NCBI GenBank assembly: GCA_951406725.2
Contig: OX597834.1
Location: 31,000,001-31,064,000 of the forward strand
Reading direction: 5' to 3'
Length of the DNA stretch: 64,000 nt
Source of the DNA: Octopus vulgaris
Lineage: Eukaryota
Position 1 is the first letter of the stretch; every line of letters begins with the position of its first letter. This document shows, one piece after another, positions 1 through 12,955 of the stretch. The translations under genes were made by a program, and so were the position numbers. A model generated the notes under the pieces. The model was not told the DNA's origin, searched no databases, and worked only from the letters and a program-made list of their open reading frames with translations.

Positions 1-59
1 TTAAAAAAAAAAAAATGGATATTTTCTTTGACATTCCTACGCGTGTGCGCCTCTCCCCA

Positions 60-954
60 CTGACTCTAGAAAAAAATGGTTATTTTTTAATGAAATTATC
101 TACAAATACACTTCAGATGATGTAAATTCTGATTATATCGGAATATGTAATGAAAAAAATTGTTCTGAGGCTGGGGTGTGGAGTTTCGGAAAATTCACTC
201 AAGACTGTTTTGTTTCCTCATAACTTTCAGAAAAAAGGATAATTTTTAATGAAATTTTCTACAAATACCCTTCAGAGTGAGCAGATCGCGATTATAGCGG
301 AATTTAATGTGAAAAATTAAATTTGGTGGGTTCGTACGTCCACATACTGGTATCTACAAAATGATACTTGAAATTTCGAAAAAAATTGTGAATATGTGTC
401 AGTATGTATGTGTATGTGTTCTCACTGCTTTTCTTTTCACATCAAATTCTGATATAATCATAATTTACACACTTTGAAAAGTATTTGTTGAAATTTTCAT
501 TTAAAAATACCCATTTTTCTGAAAGTTATGAGGAAACAAAGTCGAATCGTGTGAATTTTCCGAAACTCCTCTTCCCACCCACAAAAAAACTTTTCACAAT
601 AAATTCCTATATTATTGGAATCTACATCTAAAGCATTTTTAAGGAAATTTTATTAAAAGATATCCATTTTTTTCTGGAAACTATGAGGAAACAAAGTCGG
701 TGGTGGTGGTGGTGGTGAGGATACACATTCTTTTTTTTAAATTTTATTTTATCTAGTTTCAATCACGAGCTGTGGCCATGGTGGGGAATTTTCTATAAAT
801 ACCTTTCTGATGCTGTATATTACGATTATATGGGAATTTTATATAAAATATTGTGGGTTCGCACACATATATACTGATGCGCATAACAAAATGAAACTTA
901 ATTTCGAAAAAAGTTGTCATATGTTTCAGGATGTATCTGTCAGGACCGCCATTA

Positions 955-1023
<69 letters not shown>

Positions 1024-1325
1024 TAAATCCCGATATAATCGTAATCTATGAAAGGTATTTGTAGAAAATTTCATGGATCTTTTCGGTTTGAACGGCAGTT
1101 TTTTAAAAATAATTTCCACGTAACTAAACACTTTTAAACTTCGTTTTTAAATTTCATTAAAGTATGAGGAAACAAAATCGACTTTTATGAATTTTCAGAA
1201 ATTCCACTCCGCACCCTCAGAATTTTTTTTTTTTTTTTTTTGATAACTAATTCCGAATCAGATTCTGCACCATTTGAAGCATATTTGTAAAACAATTTCA
1301 TTGAAAAATGTTCATCTTTCTGGAC
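60..1325. repeat. Array of degenerate ~150-170 bp units in both orientations (probable internal repeats of a Helentron-like or foldback element)
   Basis: A unit 'ttcctcataactttcagaaaaa..ttaatgaaattttctacaaatac..gattata..ggaatttaatgtgaaaaa' is forward at ~60, ~210 and ~785, and reverse-complemented at ~435, ~590, ~1020 and ~1150. Confidence 0.65.
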
Positions 1326-1509
1326 TGTATAGGTATGCCAGTTCACGAACCTAGCTACATATGATCTTCCAGTGATTGTATTACCATTTCTGAAACGGTA
1401 CCTAAGGTACACTACAACTGCAATGTAGTATAACCTATGCAGCCGAACACCATTGAAAAAGTCAGACGTGCGTTTGATATCCAATGTGATGGATCTTTTC
1501 GGTGTTAGT

Positions 1510-1703
1510 TTAGGCTACATAGGCAGTTGCACAACTGTGAGCCATTCTTTAAATTTTGCTAATCCAATGATGAGAACATCCATACGCAGACGATCGAAGG
1601 GCGTTGGATACTCGCCAAGAAGAAACTCGGGTGACAATGTGGAACGAATAATGCTTTATTAACATCGTAATTGTATGAATATTTCTGGCGACATAAGTTC
1701 AGA
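1510..1703 (+). pseudogene. Merlin/ISXO2-like (IS1595-type) DDE transposase C-terminal relic
   Basis: Frameshifted translation LGY..TVSHSLNFANP / DENIHTQTIEGRWILAKKKLG*QCGT...S*LYEYFWRHKF matches the GY-x-H-x-TVNHS-x-NF...HTQTIEG-x-W...YLxEFxWR signature. It has in-frame stops. Confidence 0.75.
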
Positions 1704-2039
1704 GACCGTGAGAAAGTTGTATGTACAATCTGTGCATCGTTTTTATGTTCTCACTTCCAGTTTCTTCCGTAATTTACTCTCGTTTTTTTTTTTTTTTGCA
1801 TATTAACCAAGCAGTTACGTACTTATTGAGAATATTCAGACGAGCATAAGTCATGCTTTTTTTTTGTTTTTTCAAAAACAATAGATTTTTATTTAGCAAC
1901 ATATTTTTACAGGAAGAAAATAAAAAAAGACATTCAAAGTTTAAAAGATCAAATTATTGAGAAAAAAAACAACAAAAAGCCTGAAAGACATTTTTCAGGT
2001 GCCTTGCTATTACTTCTCCAGAGCAGTATTCACCATATA

Positions 2040-2174
2040 CTCTCTCTCTCTCACTTTCCCCTCTCTTTCTTTCTCTTGTTTTCCGCTTTTCTCTTTTTTT
2101 CTCGCTTCCCCTCTCTTTCTCTCTTTTTTTTCCTTTCGTCTTCTGCTTCTTTCTCGCTTTCTTTCTCTCCTTTC

Positions 2175-2245
<71 letters not shown>

Positions 2246-2325
2246 CTGTCTGTCTCTCTTTCTCTGTCTGTCTCTCTTTCTCGCTTTCTTTCTCTCTTCT
2301 GCCTTTCTCTCCCCCTGCTTTTCTC

Positions 2326-2380
<55 letters not shown>

Positions 2381-2420
2381 CTCTTTCTCTCCCCCTTTCT
2401 CTCTTTCTCTGTCTCACCAC
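2040..2420. repeat. Polypyrimidine (CT/CTTT)n tract
   Basis: Directly visible (tctt)n and (ct)n. Confidence 0.95.
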
Positions 2421-3151
2421 TCTCCACTTGTGGAAATATTTACTTCATCCACATAGTTTCTCAGGAGGGGATTAACTCTCGATGTTTCTCTGCAAGAGAA
2501 AACAAAGAAAATAAAATAATCCCAGTAAACAAACAAAAAAAAAGTTGTATTTAAATAAGTGTTTTTTTTTGTTTCTCAGTCCCTTTTGATCGATATCTTT
2601 TTGCTAACCGAACGTATTCCCTGCCACCCTTAAATCGCATCACCACTATTTGATAGATGGAAACTGTATGGAATCCCATTCTCGTGTGTATATGTGTGTG
2701 TGTGTATGTGTGTGTGTGTGTATGTGTGTGTGTGTGTCTGTCTTCTTGAAACCCCTCCCCCCCACACACTTCACCACTTGATAACCAGTGTTAGTTTGTT
2801 TACATCCTCGAAACTTAGCAGTTCATCAAAAGAAACCAATAAAGTAAGCACCAGACTTTAAAACCAAGTAAGTACTGGGATCAATCTGTTCAAGTAAAAA
2901 CCCTTTGAGGCAGTGCCCCAGCATGGCCACAGTCGAAGGACTTAAACAAGAAAAGGATAAAGTAATAAACATCTTACTTCCCTTCTGTCTCTCTGTCTCT
3001 CTTTTCCTCTCTCTCTCCCTCCTCACCAATGAAGGATTCTGCCCAAAACTTTAACAAAGAAAGAAAAAAAAATATTTGTGTCTCGTCTTTGTAAAAACTT
3101 GATATATGGTACACACACGCACATGCACACACACACACATATATATATATA

Positions 3152-3835
3152 GTGGCTGTGTGGAAAGTAGCTTGCTTACCAACCACATGGTCCTGGGTTC
3201 AGTCCCACTGCATGGTACCTTGGTCAAGTGTCTTCTACTATAGCCTCAGGTCGACCAAAGCCTTGTGAGTGGATTTGGTAGATAGAAACTGAAAGAAACC
3301 CGTTATATATCTATATGTGTGTGTGTGTGTGTGTAGTACCCACTGACTGCTGGCACGTAAAGGGCACTATCCGAATGTGGCTGATGCCAGTACCCCTGAC
3401 TGGCCCCTGTGCCGGTAGCACATAAAAAGCATTATCCAAATGTGATCAATGCCAGGCCCACCTGACTGGCTCCTTGGAATGGTTGGTGTTAGGAAGGGCA
3501 TCCTCTGTAGAAACTTTGCCAGATCAGACTGGAGCCTGGTGCAGCCACTCAGTCAAACTGTCCAACTCATGAGCAGCATGGAAAATGGATGTTAAACGAT
3601 GATGATGAGGATGATCATGATATGTGTGTATATGTTTGTGTGTCTGTGTTCGTTCCCCCACAATCGCTTGGCAACCAATGATGGTGTGTTTACATCCCCG
3701 TAACTTAGTAGTTTCACAAAAGAGATTGATACAATGAGTACTAGGCTTACAAAGAATAAGTCCTGGAGTCAATTTGTTTGACTAAAGGCGTTGCTCCAGC
3801 ATGGCCACAATCAAACAACTGAAACAAATAAAAGA
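3152..3835 (+). mobile_element. tRNA-derived SINE family A, interrupted by an RTE 3' tail fragment (~3340-3605)
   Basis: Head gtggctgtgtgg..ggttcagtccc, body ..gtgagtggatttggtagatagaaactgaaagaa, and 3' module ..gctccagcatggccac..tgaaacaaataaaag. Confidence 0.8.
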
Positions 3836-4052
3836 ATACACACACACACACACATATATATATTCTTTTATATTTATGTATATATATGTATGCATGTATG
3901 TATATATGTGTATGTTTTTGTATGTATGTATGTATGTATTTCTATGTATATTGATAGTTGATGGGTTCACATATTTTGCTTCACTAATCATTGATGACAA
4001 TGTCTGGCAGGTTTGCATTCATTTGTTTTTGTTGCTCTTGTTTTTCCCCTCA

Positions 4053-4085
<33 letters not shown>

Positions 4086-4930
4086 CACAGACATATCCCA
4101 GGTATATCCCAACTATTGCCACTTGTACATTTTTAGTGACCGTGTTTTGGTAAACGCTTGTACCATTTGTTGTCTGTCCTGTCTTAGTAGTGTTTGTCTA
4201 TTGTTGAGCAAATATGACTACTTTATCGGTTATGCTTGTTTATGTATTCTGACCTGGCTAATTCTGGACAACCTCATGCAACATGGTCGATATTCTCCTT
4301 CTTATACACAGAATTATCTAAATCGACCGTCTCCTCTATTTTGTGGAATATTGTATTCTTTTTTTTTTTGTGTGGGTCTTTTACTTGTTGTTGTTGTCAC
4401 TGGACTGTGGCCATGCTGGGGCACCACCTTGTGGGGGTTTTAGTTGAGCAAATCTCCTCTGGTACTTATTTTTGTTTTAAATTTGATAATTGTTTCTATT
4501 GGTGTATTTTGCTGAACTGCTAAGTTACACAGACATAAACAAACTATCACCAGTTGTCAAGTGGTAGTGGTGGTGAACAAACACAAATACAAAGGCACAC
4601 ATACCCATGGACACTCATACACACACACACACATATGTATATATATGTGTATATATATTCTTTTATTTATTTGCTGGCCTTTAGTCAAACCTTTAGTCGA
4701 ACAAATCAACCCCAGGACTTATTCTTTGTAAGCCTAGTACCTATTCTATCAGTCTCGTCGTTGTGGCTGCCGTCATCATCATTGTGTTCCATCTTCATCA
4801 TTATCATCATCATTATATCATCACCATCATCATCATCATTTTTGTTGTCATTATCCTCCTCCGCCTCCTCCTCCTCATCATCATCATCATCGTCACCGTC
4901 GTTGTCGTCATTGTCGTCATCATCATCAAG

Positions 4931-5160
4931 GTGGGTGAGCTGGCGGAATTGTTAGCATGTTAGACAAAATGCTTCCCAGCATTTCGCCTGTCTTTACTTT
5001 CTGAGTTCAAATTCTGCCAAGGTTGACTTTGCCTTTCTTCCTTTTGGGTGGGGGTCGATAAAATAAGAACCAGTTGAGTGAGTACTGGGTGGGAGTGGGG
5101 TGTGGTGTGGGGTTTCAATGTAATCAATTTACCCCTTCCCTCGAAATTGCTGGCCTTTTG
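4931..5160 (+). mobile_element. tRNA-derived SINE family B (Meta-domain-like)
   Basis: ggtgagctggcggaattgttagc head and gagttcaaattc B-box, followed by gactttgcctttc..ggggtcgataaaataag. Confidence 0.75.
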
Positions 5161-5185
5161 AAATCATTATTTTTGTTGTGGTTGT

Positions 5186-5186
<1 letters not shown>

Positions 5187-5229
<43 letters not shown>

Positions 5230-5235
5230 ACTACT

Positions 5236-5314
<79 letters not shown>

Positions 5315-5341
5315 GCTGCTACTACTACTTATTGTTGCTGC

Positions 5342-5390
<49 letters not shown>

Positions 5391-5471
5391 CTACTACTAC
5401 TACTATATTATTATTATCATTATTATTATTATTATTATTATTATTACTACTATTATTATTATCTACTACTA

Positions 5472-5540
<69 letters not shown>

Positions 5541-5561
5541 TACTACTATTATTATTATTAC

Positions 5562-5610
<49 letters not shown>
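5187..5610. repeat. Compound (TAC)n/(TAT)n microsatellite
   Basis: Directly visible. Confidence 0.97.
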
Positions 5611-5831
5611 GTTATTGAACCCCTCATTTAACCCATGGTGGAATCAGTGATTATCGATAATGGTGTGTCCATGCTGTCTAATGCCATGACCTGTGCAAGT
5701 TGGTGGGACAATACACACACATCTCAATCCCGGAGAACGTCCAATATTCATGGAACACCAGGCATTTCGGAGAATAGTCTGGCTTCATGAGGTAAGACTA
5801 TCATTATTTTGATTTGGCTCAGGTTCGGTCT

Positions 5832-7130
5832 TATTCCTGGTAGATCTTAAGTGGGTAACGGGTTACTACCTGTAACCTTAGGTATCCACAAGTTTTCAGC
5901 AGTCTTTCAAGTGCTTAGAACCCTCCTGATAATCCTTGATGTCCCTAAGAGACAAATATTCTGTAGGAGCTCTACAGGGCATTCTATTTCAATCTCCTTC
6001 AGCCATTTATTTATATCTTTGCTTACCGTTCCCAATGCACCAATAATTATTATAGGCACAACCTTTACTGTCCGCATGCTCCAAATTCTTCCTATTTCAA
6101 ATTTTAAGGGATTGCATTTTTTTCTGTTTTTCTTCCTCTTTCTTCACACGTAGGAGTGGCTGTGTGGTAAGCAGCTTGCTTACCAACCACATGGTTCCGG
6201 GTTCAGTCCCACTGCATGGTACCTTGGGCAAGTGTCTTCTACTATAGCCTCGGGCCGACCAAAGCCTTGTGAGTGGATTTGGTAGACGGAAACTGAAAGA
6301 AGCCCGTCGTATATATATATATATATGTATATGTGTGTGTGTATGCTTGTGTGTCTGTGTTTGTTCCCCTAGCATTGCTGGTCTGTTTATGTCCCCGTCA
6401 CTTAGCAGTTTGGCAAAAGAGACCGATAGAATAAGTACTGGGCTTACAAAGAATAAGTCCCGGGGTCGAGTTGCTCGATTAAAGGCGGTGCTCCAGCATG
6501 ACCGCAGTCAAATGACTGAAACAAATAAAAGAGAAAGAGAAAGAGAAATCCTAGAATCAAATGGGCATGATGGGTCGATTAGTAAGTAGTTTCACTTTTC
6601 CTTATCTATAATTGTTGTCTGGTCTTTTATTTTCTAACTTCTCTGTTTGAATAGGAAAGTCCCACAAAATCTTACATTTCTCCGACTCCAGTATTCTTTC
6701 AGTGATTGTACCATGTGTTTCCAGTTTCAAATCCCAATTTCTGGCACAATTTCCAGTGTATAACTTTTACAGCCTGGTCGTGCCTCCATTTCTTATAGTC
6801 TTCCTGTGCCAACTTGGAGCATTCTGCCACAGTGTGTGCCAATGTCTCATTCCAAGTTCTACAGGTTCTACAGTTTTCTGATACATTCTCTCCATATATA
6901 TTTTTTCTCAACTTGTTTGTTTTTAACGCTTGATCTTAGACTACTACAATTAGGATCTCGGTTTCTTTTTTTAATTGCCCCTTAATTAACGAAGCCCAGG
7001 ATTTTGTTCCACCTACGTCTTCAGTGGCTCTCCAAAATTGGCCATGCAGCGGTTTCTCTTTGATCCGTCTGGCGAGCTCTCTTTGTATTTCATTCTTGTC
7101 CTTTTCTCCTATTACGTGCTTCATCAATTG
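5832..7130 (-). pseudogene. R4/Dong-clade non-LTR retrotransposon 3' fragment (Zn knuckle plus restriction-like endonuclease), split by a SINE
   Basis: Minus-strand translation PLHGQF..LKKETE..DQAL..CRTC...ETLAHTVAEC..WRHD..LWDFPIQT..NKRPD, resuming after the SINE as VVPIIIIGALGTV..LQKICLLGTSRIIRRVL*. It has stops and frameshifts. Confidence 0.85.
6152..6546 (+). mobile_element. Full-length SINE family A
   Basis: Pol III A/B-box-like head ggagtggctgtgtggtaag..gggttcagtccc, conserved body, internal (TA)/(TG) tract and 3' tail. It closely matches the copies at 27392-27797 and 55321-55713. Confidence 0.9.
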
Positions 7131-7591
7131 TTCTTTAGTCATTAGGAAAACAATTTCCCTCATCAACAGTCACAAATGCAGCAACGAAAAAGCTTTTTGG
7201 AATAAATAAATAAATAAATAAAAAGATGAATGAATGAATGGAAATTGAACCAGTGAGTGTGTTATATTAAGGCACTATGAATCTCCCCAGACACAACGAA
7301 ATTTAATTAATAAGAATTTCTTGATTGGCTACATCAAGAGCACCCACTTTTCTATTAATGTTTCATGCAGCAGGTGTCCCTGGGTATTTTTCTTTTTCTC
7401 CAGTTATTCTCGTCATTCTTCTGGCTCTTTCTTCACACACACATACACACACACACACATACACACACACATACGCATGTACATACACACACATCCATAC
7501 ACACACATACTATGTATATGTGTACACATGTCCACACATTCTCTCTCTTACACACATACACTATGTACACACACACACACACACTCACACA

Positions 7592-8005
7592 CACATGCAT
7601 ACATCTGCACATGCTATGTATAGACACATAGGTTGACACACTCACACGCACACACACACAAAGAAACACTATGTACATGCACATACACACACATTTGCAA
7701 CTTCCTCTACCAACACTCTCTCTCACACACACACACACACATATTGACACGCATACATACACATAAACACTATGCACACACACTCACACATGCATACATC
7801 TGCACATGCTACGTATAGACACATAGGTTGACACACTCACACGCACACACACACACACACAGAAACACTATGTACATGCACATACACACACATGTATACA
7901 CACACATTTGCAACTTCCTCTACCAACACTCTCTCTTACACACACTGTATACACACACACACACACACACATAATGACACGCATACATACACATAAACAC
8001 TATGT
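7592..8005. repeat. Tandem duplication of a ~195-215 bp CA-rich unit
   Basis: 'acatgcatacatctgcacatgcta.gtatagacacataggttgacac..gcaacttcctctaccaacactctc..catacacataaacactatg' occurs twice. Confidence 0.85.
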
Positions 8006-8489
8006 ACACACACACACTGTTTACACAGTGTTTACACAGGGCTGGTTGCATTGTTCCACTGAAACCCCTTCTGTCGGATAAAGAAACAAATTCTCTCTTG
8101 TTTGTTCTGGGTTTTTACTCTTATTTCCCTCGGCATTCTTTCCCAATGTTTGTTGTCTTCTGTGTGTGTGTATGCATGTATGTATGTATATATGTATGAG
8201 TGGCTGTGTGGTAAGAAGCTTGGAACCACATGGTTCCAGCAGCCATATACATACATACATGCATACATACATGATGATGATGACGATGATGATGATCATC
8301 ATCATTTAATGTCTTTTGTTCATGCTGGCATGGGTTGGACGGTTTGACCAGGGCTGGTAAGCTGACGGGCTGCACCAGACTCCAGTCTGATTTGGCATGG
8401 TTTCTATACACATGCCCATGCCTACCTACTTATGTAAGTACATGCACACACATATCTATATAAACTCTAGCACACTACCTATATATAAT

Positions 8490-8650
8490 GTCTGGGTTTC
8501 TTCCTCTCTCAATATTTCTTAATCTTTCTGCTTCGAGCCTTGATTCATTTTCTTCTGGATTTTCATTTTGTCTTCTTTCAGTTATTCTTCTTAACTGCTA
8601 CTTTGTTTCTATTCTTTGTTGCTTTAAAGCGCTACATCTTCTTACCAATT
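8490..8650 (-). pseudogene. Probable Helitron ORF N-terminal relic (STPR-like repeat)
   Basis: Minus-strand translation RRCSALKQQRIETK*QLRRITERRQNENPEENESRLEAERLRNIERGRNP resembles the ETxEERxxRL repeats of animal Helitron Rep-Hel proteins. Confidence 0.5.
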
Positions 8651-9039
8651 GAAGAGTTTGGCAAGGATAGGGTCTATCTTTGGGTCACGTTGTTTGAAGT
8701 GGAAGAAAAGGGACACTTTTGAGGCTGATGTTTCAAAGAACGAAAGATGATTTCACACATGGCACCTACATGTTTGTCACAGTATTTTGGAGGAGATGCT
8801 ATACATATATGTGTAATGTTGAATTAGATGCACACTAAGCAGTGAATGTGGGATCTCTTCCTACAGATGTACTGCTAAAGTAAACATCATTGTTCTAAAA
8901 GATTGGAAGGGTAGTAGCAGAAAAGGATTCTGCAAAATTGGTTAAACATCTTTTTGGCAAGAGACTAAAAGAAGAATGACAGCAGTCTGGGAGGCAAAAT
9001 ATCTTGTAGAGTGAGTGGTTATCAAAGGCAGCATGATGT

Positions 9040-9313
9040 TTTGTTCCTTCTCAAGCCATTCCTGGCTCATAAGGGCCGGTTTCCCAGTTTCCTTGGCATA
9101 TAGGTTCCCCACCTGGATGGGACGCCGGTCTGTCGCAGGTGAGCTGCAAGATGCAGGAGGAAATAGTGAGAGAAATTTGTGGCGAAAGAGTCAGCAGAAG
9201 TTCGCCATTACCCTCTGCCGGAGCCGCATGGAGCTTAGGTCTTTTGCTCATAAACACACACATTGCCCGGTCTGAGATTCGAACCCGCGAGTCTGCTGCT
9301 CTAACCACTGGGC
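9040..9313 (-). mobile_element. tRNA-derived SINE (family D head, V-domain-like body)
   Basis: Head gcccagtggttagagcagcagactcgcgggttcgaatc is shared with 34307-34683. Body cctgcgacagaccggcgtcccatccagg resembles the V-SINE domain. Confidence 0.7.
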
Positions 9314-10206
9314 AGCATGATTGTCTTACAGAAGACCTGAAGATAGTGAAAATGGTACATTATTCAAGTTTCATTCTGATAAAGGTGTGGTGGTTGTAGT
9401 CATGGTGGTGAGGGTAGTGATGGTGGTTGTGTAGTAGTTGTGGTAGTGGTTGTGGGTGGGAATAGTGTGGTGGGGTATGTAGAAATAGTAGTTGAGATTT
9501 ATAGCAAGAAAATGAGATATAAACTGGCCCTGCTACCACTACTACAACTACCTTCATGCTACCACCACCATTGTTGCTACTACTCTTAGTACCACCACAA
9601 TTACCACCACCACCCCCACATCATAACTACCACCAACACCACTCATTACTACTACTACTACAACCACCACCACCACCACCTCCATGACTACTACCCTCAT
9701 AACTAGCACCAACACCAACCCCCACCACTACCTCCACTACCACTACCACCACCACTACTACTACTACAGCACTCAGCTCCCTTAAAATCTATACATGCCA
9801 TTCCCATTATCATCATATGTACCCTTACATGTCCCCTCCAATCCCCTTTGCCATTCCAGAGCAGCAAGTAAGGGTCCACTTCAGTGTGAATGTGCCTAGA
9901 GTGCACACAACACCCTGTATAAAAGGGGTGGTGGTGCAAGGTATCAATGTAAGCGGGGTCTGTGTAGGGTAGTGGCAGTGGGGAGGGTTCTACCCTCATA
10001 AAACTGAACCAAAGTCTCTTGAGAACAGACAATAACACCAGGGTGGAGACAGGGTGGGCATTGGGGTGGAGTGTTTCTTCATTCATTACTGATTGATGCC
10101 TGTTGTTGTTGTTGTTGTTGGTGGTGGTGGTGATGATGGTAATGGTGGTGGTCATTTTGTTGTTGTTGATAATGGTGGTGGTTGTTGCTGCTGCTGCTGC
10201 TGCTGC

Positions 10207-10255
<49 letters not shown>

Positions 10256-10721
10256 GGTGGTGGTGATGATGGTAATGGTGGTGGTTGTGGCGGTTTTTCT
10301 TATTGCTGCTGTTGTTGATTATTGTTGTTGTTGTTGGTGGTGGTGGTGATTTTGTTGGTATTGTCGTTGTTGTTAGTGGTGATGGTAATGCTGGTTGTTG
10401 TTGTTGGTGGTGATTGTGGATCTGTGGTTATTGTTGTAGTTGTGGTTGAGGTAGTAGTAGTATAAGAGCTGATCACTGTTGTTGTTGGTTGTTGTCAGTA
10501 CTGGTGGTTATGGGGATGGTGTTGTCCTTCTTGTTGTTGATTGTTATTGTTCTCATTGTTGGTGATGATATTTAACCTCAAGTCAGTATTGATCAAGCCA
10601 CATCTATGATCTACGATCAAAGGCATTCCAACCATGACCATTTAGTCTACTCCCTATCTCTAGGTAGCACATTAGCAGAGTCATTAGAGTACCAAATGGC
10701 GTTCTTTGTGAAATTGCTTCT

Positions 10722-10949
10722 TATTTCTTTATTGCCCACTAGGGGCTGAACATAGAGGGGACAAACAAGGACAGACAAAGGGATTAAGTCGATTACATCG
10801 ACCCCAGTGCGTAACTGGTACTTATTTAATCGATCCCGAAAGGATGAAAGGCAAAGTCGACCTCTGAGGAATTTGAACTCAGAACGTAGCGGCGGACAAC
10901 ATACCACAAAGCATTTCGCCCGGCTTGCTAACGTTTCTGCCAGCTCGCC
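10722..10949 (-). mobile_element. Full-length SINE family B (Meta-domain-like)
   Basis: ggcgagctggcagaaacgttagc..gagttcaaattc..gtcgactttgcctttcatcctttcggga..taagtaccag..aataaagaaata. More than 10 related copies lie in the window. Confidence 0.85.
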
Positions 10950-10969
10950 ACTTCTGACTCTCTGTGCTC

Positions 10970-11256
10970 TCACTTCTTGTTTGAATCTAAGACAACATCC
11001 AAGAAAGAGATAATGGTAGAGTTTGCTTCAATACTGATTATTATGTGAAAAGGTATGAATATATGCATAATGCCTTCCCTTAGTATGTTTAGAGTGTGCC
11101 TACATGCATATTTAGAAGTAGTTAACCTGTCATCTCTGTAGAGGCCGAAATCTGTTGAAGTGACCTCTAACATATATACCCCCCAAAAATCAATGTTATC
11201 AAGGGACCCCATACTTACATCAAATGAGCTGTCTCTGTTAGACTTCTTGACCAGAG
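10970..11256 (-). pseudogene. Penelope-like element reverse transcriptase relic
   Basis: LVKK..SSFDVSMGSLD..GVYML..FGLYRDD..ISIEANSTIISFLDVVLD matches PLE RT motifs FDVTMGSxDG / GLYRDDG / VNFLDVTLDL. Confidence 0.8.
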
Positions 11257-11767
11257 CTTAACTGATTTAGTCTTTGCACTCACACTGGACTTTGTGGTGG
11301 ACTTTGTGGTGAGCAAAATACTTATGAAATGTCCATGAATTCACATAACCTTATGCAGTAAAAATATTCATAAGAACTCCAGCATACGATGAGATGCTGG
11401 AAGATTTTTCATCATCAGCATCATCATTGTTTCAACATCTACTTTTCCATGGTTACATGGGTCAGACGAAATTCGCTGAGGCTGATTTTTGACAACTGTA
11501 TGCCCTTCTTGTCACTAACCCTTACCTCTTTTCAAGTAAGGTAATATTTCCCTGTGACCAGACACATTTTCATGGAAGATTGAAAAAGAACGACACTGTT
11601 TGCGTGAAAGTGACACTCATATACTACTGTCATGTGATGTCAAGCAAAGCAGTCAGTAACACACACACACACTTTCTCATACATACAAACATACATACAT
11701 ACATACATACAAACATACATACATACATACATACATACATACAAATATACATACATACATACATACA

Positions 11768-11801
<34 letters not shown>

Positions 11802-12178
11802 CACTACCGTCAGAAATTAATTAGCACCCTTGATTTGCTCTTCACTCAAGGTATGTGCTGTCACCTAGTGGCCATATCTCGAACTATTGCTTTGTTGCGA
11901 GTTCACTGTTGCGCAGAACGATGATGTAACTTTGTTTGCAGAGCAGTTTGAGAGTCTACAGCCTTATGATGTTGACATAGCAGTGCAACAAATTGGAGTG
12001 CGGATGCAAACAAATCTTCTTTTGTTTAATAGATATAGGTAGCGCCTCGCAAGGACCGAAATCACACCATACTAAGTTTTCTCATCGCGTAAGACGTTTT
12101 GAACAGCTCATAGGTTAATTGATTTAACTTATTTAATGTAGAAATTTGAGAAGTGCTAATTAATTTCTGACGCAAGTG
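11802..12178. mobile_element. Tc1/mariner-type MITE
   Basis: 26-bp TIRs cactaccgtcagaaattaattagcac / gtgctaattaatttctgacgcaagtg, with TA on both sides. Confidence 0.85.
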
Positions 12179-12503
12179 TATAAGCCATGCCCCTGTCCAA
12201 CCCATGCCAGCATGGAAAACTGATGTTAAATGATGATGATATATATGATGGGCTTCTTTTAGTTTCCATCTACCAAATCCACTCACAAGGCTTTGGTTGG
12301 TTTGGGGTTATAGCAGAAAACACTTGCCCAAGGTGCCATATATTGGAACTGAACCCAAAATCTGGAACCTTATGGTTGGGATGCCAAGTTCCTACTGCAC
12401 ATAGCTTTGCCTATTTTCTTAGATCTCAACAAAATTATTGCAACAATTTTTTTATCAACATCTCCAGGGGCCTCACTCATTTCCATGATACTCCATATTT
12501 CAG

Positions 12504-12629
12504 CTGAGAGCTGTCGTTGTCGTCTTACAATGCCTGATCTGATGTGTTCCCAATCTATGACATCATTGACACTGGATGCAATTGCATGCCGGGAAGAGGA
12601 AGCTGTAGTGGTGGACTATATTCTGAAAG
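12504..12629 (+). CDS. Candidate internal coding exon (126 bp, phase 1-1) of an unidentified gene: ESCRCRLTMPDLMCSQSMTSLTLDAIACREEEAVVVDYILK
   Basis: Acceptor ctccatatttcag| and strong donor AAAG|gtaagg. Length is a multiple of 3, only one frame is open, and composition is non-repetitive. Confidence 0.55.
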
Positions 12630-12899
12630 GTAAGGAGAACTACTTTGTTTTTCAGTTTATTTTACATTAAGAAAACAAAATGTATTACTACGCCGTTTAA
12701 TTTCTATATATTTATTGAAGATGTAATGTTAGTGACTCACTAACTGCTGTCTTCAGCATTGTATTATGCACTATTTTCACTGCTGAGTTTGTTCTTTAAA
12801 AAAAAGAAAAAAGGTCAACAACAAATTTCATTGAAACAATACTGACGAAACAAAGAAACTGTAAAAAATAACAACATAAATAAATAACGGACTTAGCTG

Positions 12900-12955
12900 C
12901 ACATGACTTAAAGTTTCATCAGCTTTCAGGATGAACTCAACTCATCAGATATGTG
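12900..12955 (-). ncRNA. Type I hammerhead ribozyme motif (PLE-type)
   Basis: Minus strand: catat-CTGATGA-gttgagttcatcctgaaagctgat-GAAAC-tttaa-GTC-atgtg. Helix I has 5 bp, helix II is imperfect and helix III is near-palindromic. Confidence 0.65.

Noticed and set aside
1954-2475. Long ORFs rich in K/E/R or S/F/L
   Set aside because: They are translations of (CTTT)n. The same applies to the poly-I/L/Y/T/H/V and CV/TH/YI ORFs throughout the track.
9910-9930. TATAAAAG TATA-like box
   Set aside because: No downstream exon or ORF support.
12842-12865. CTGACGA..GAAACTGTA
   Set aside because: No helix I or II.
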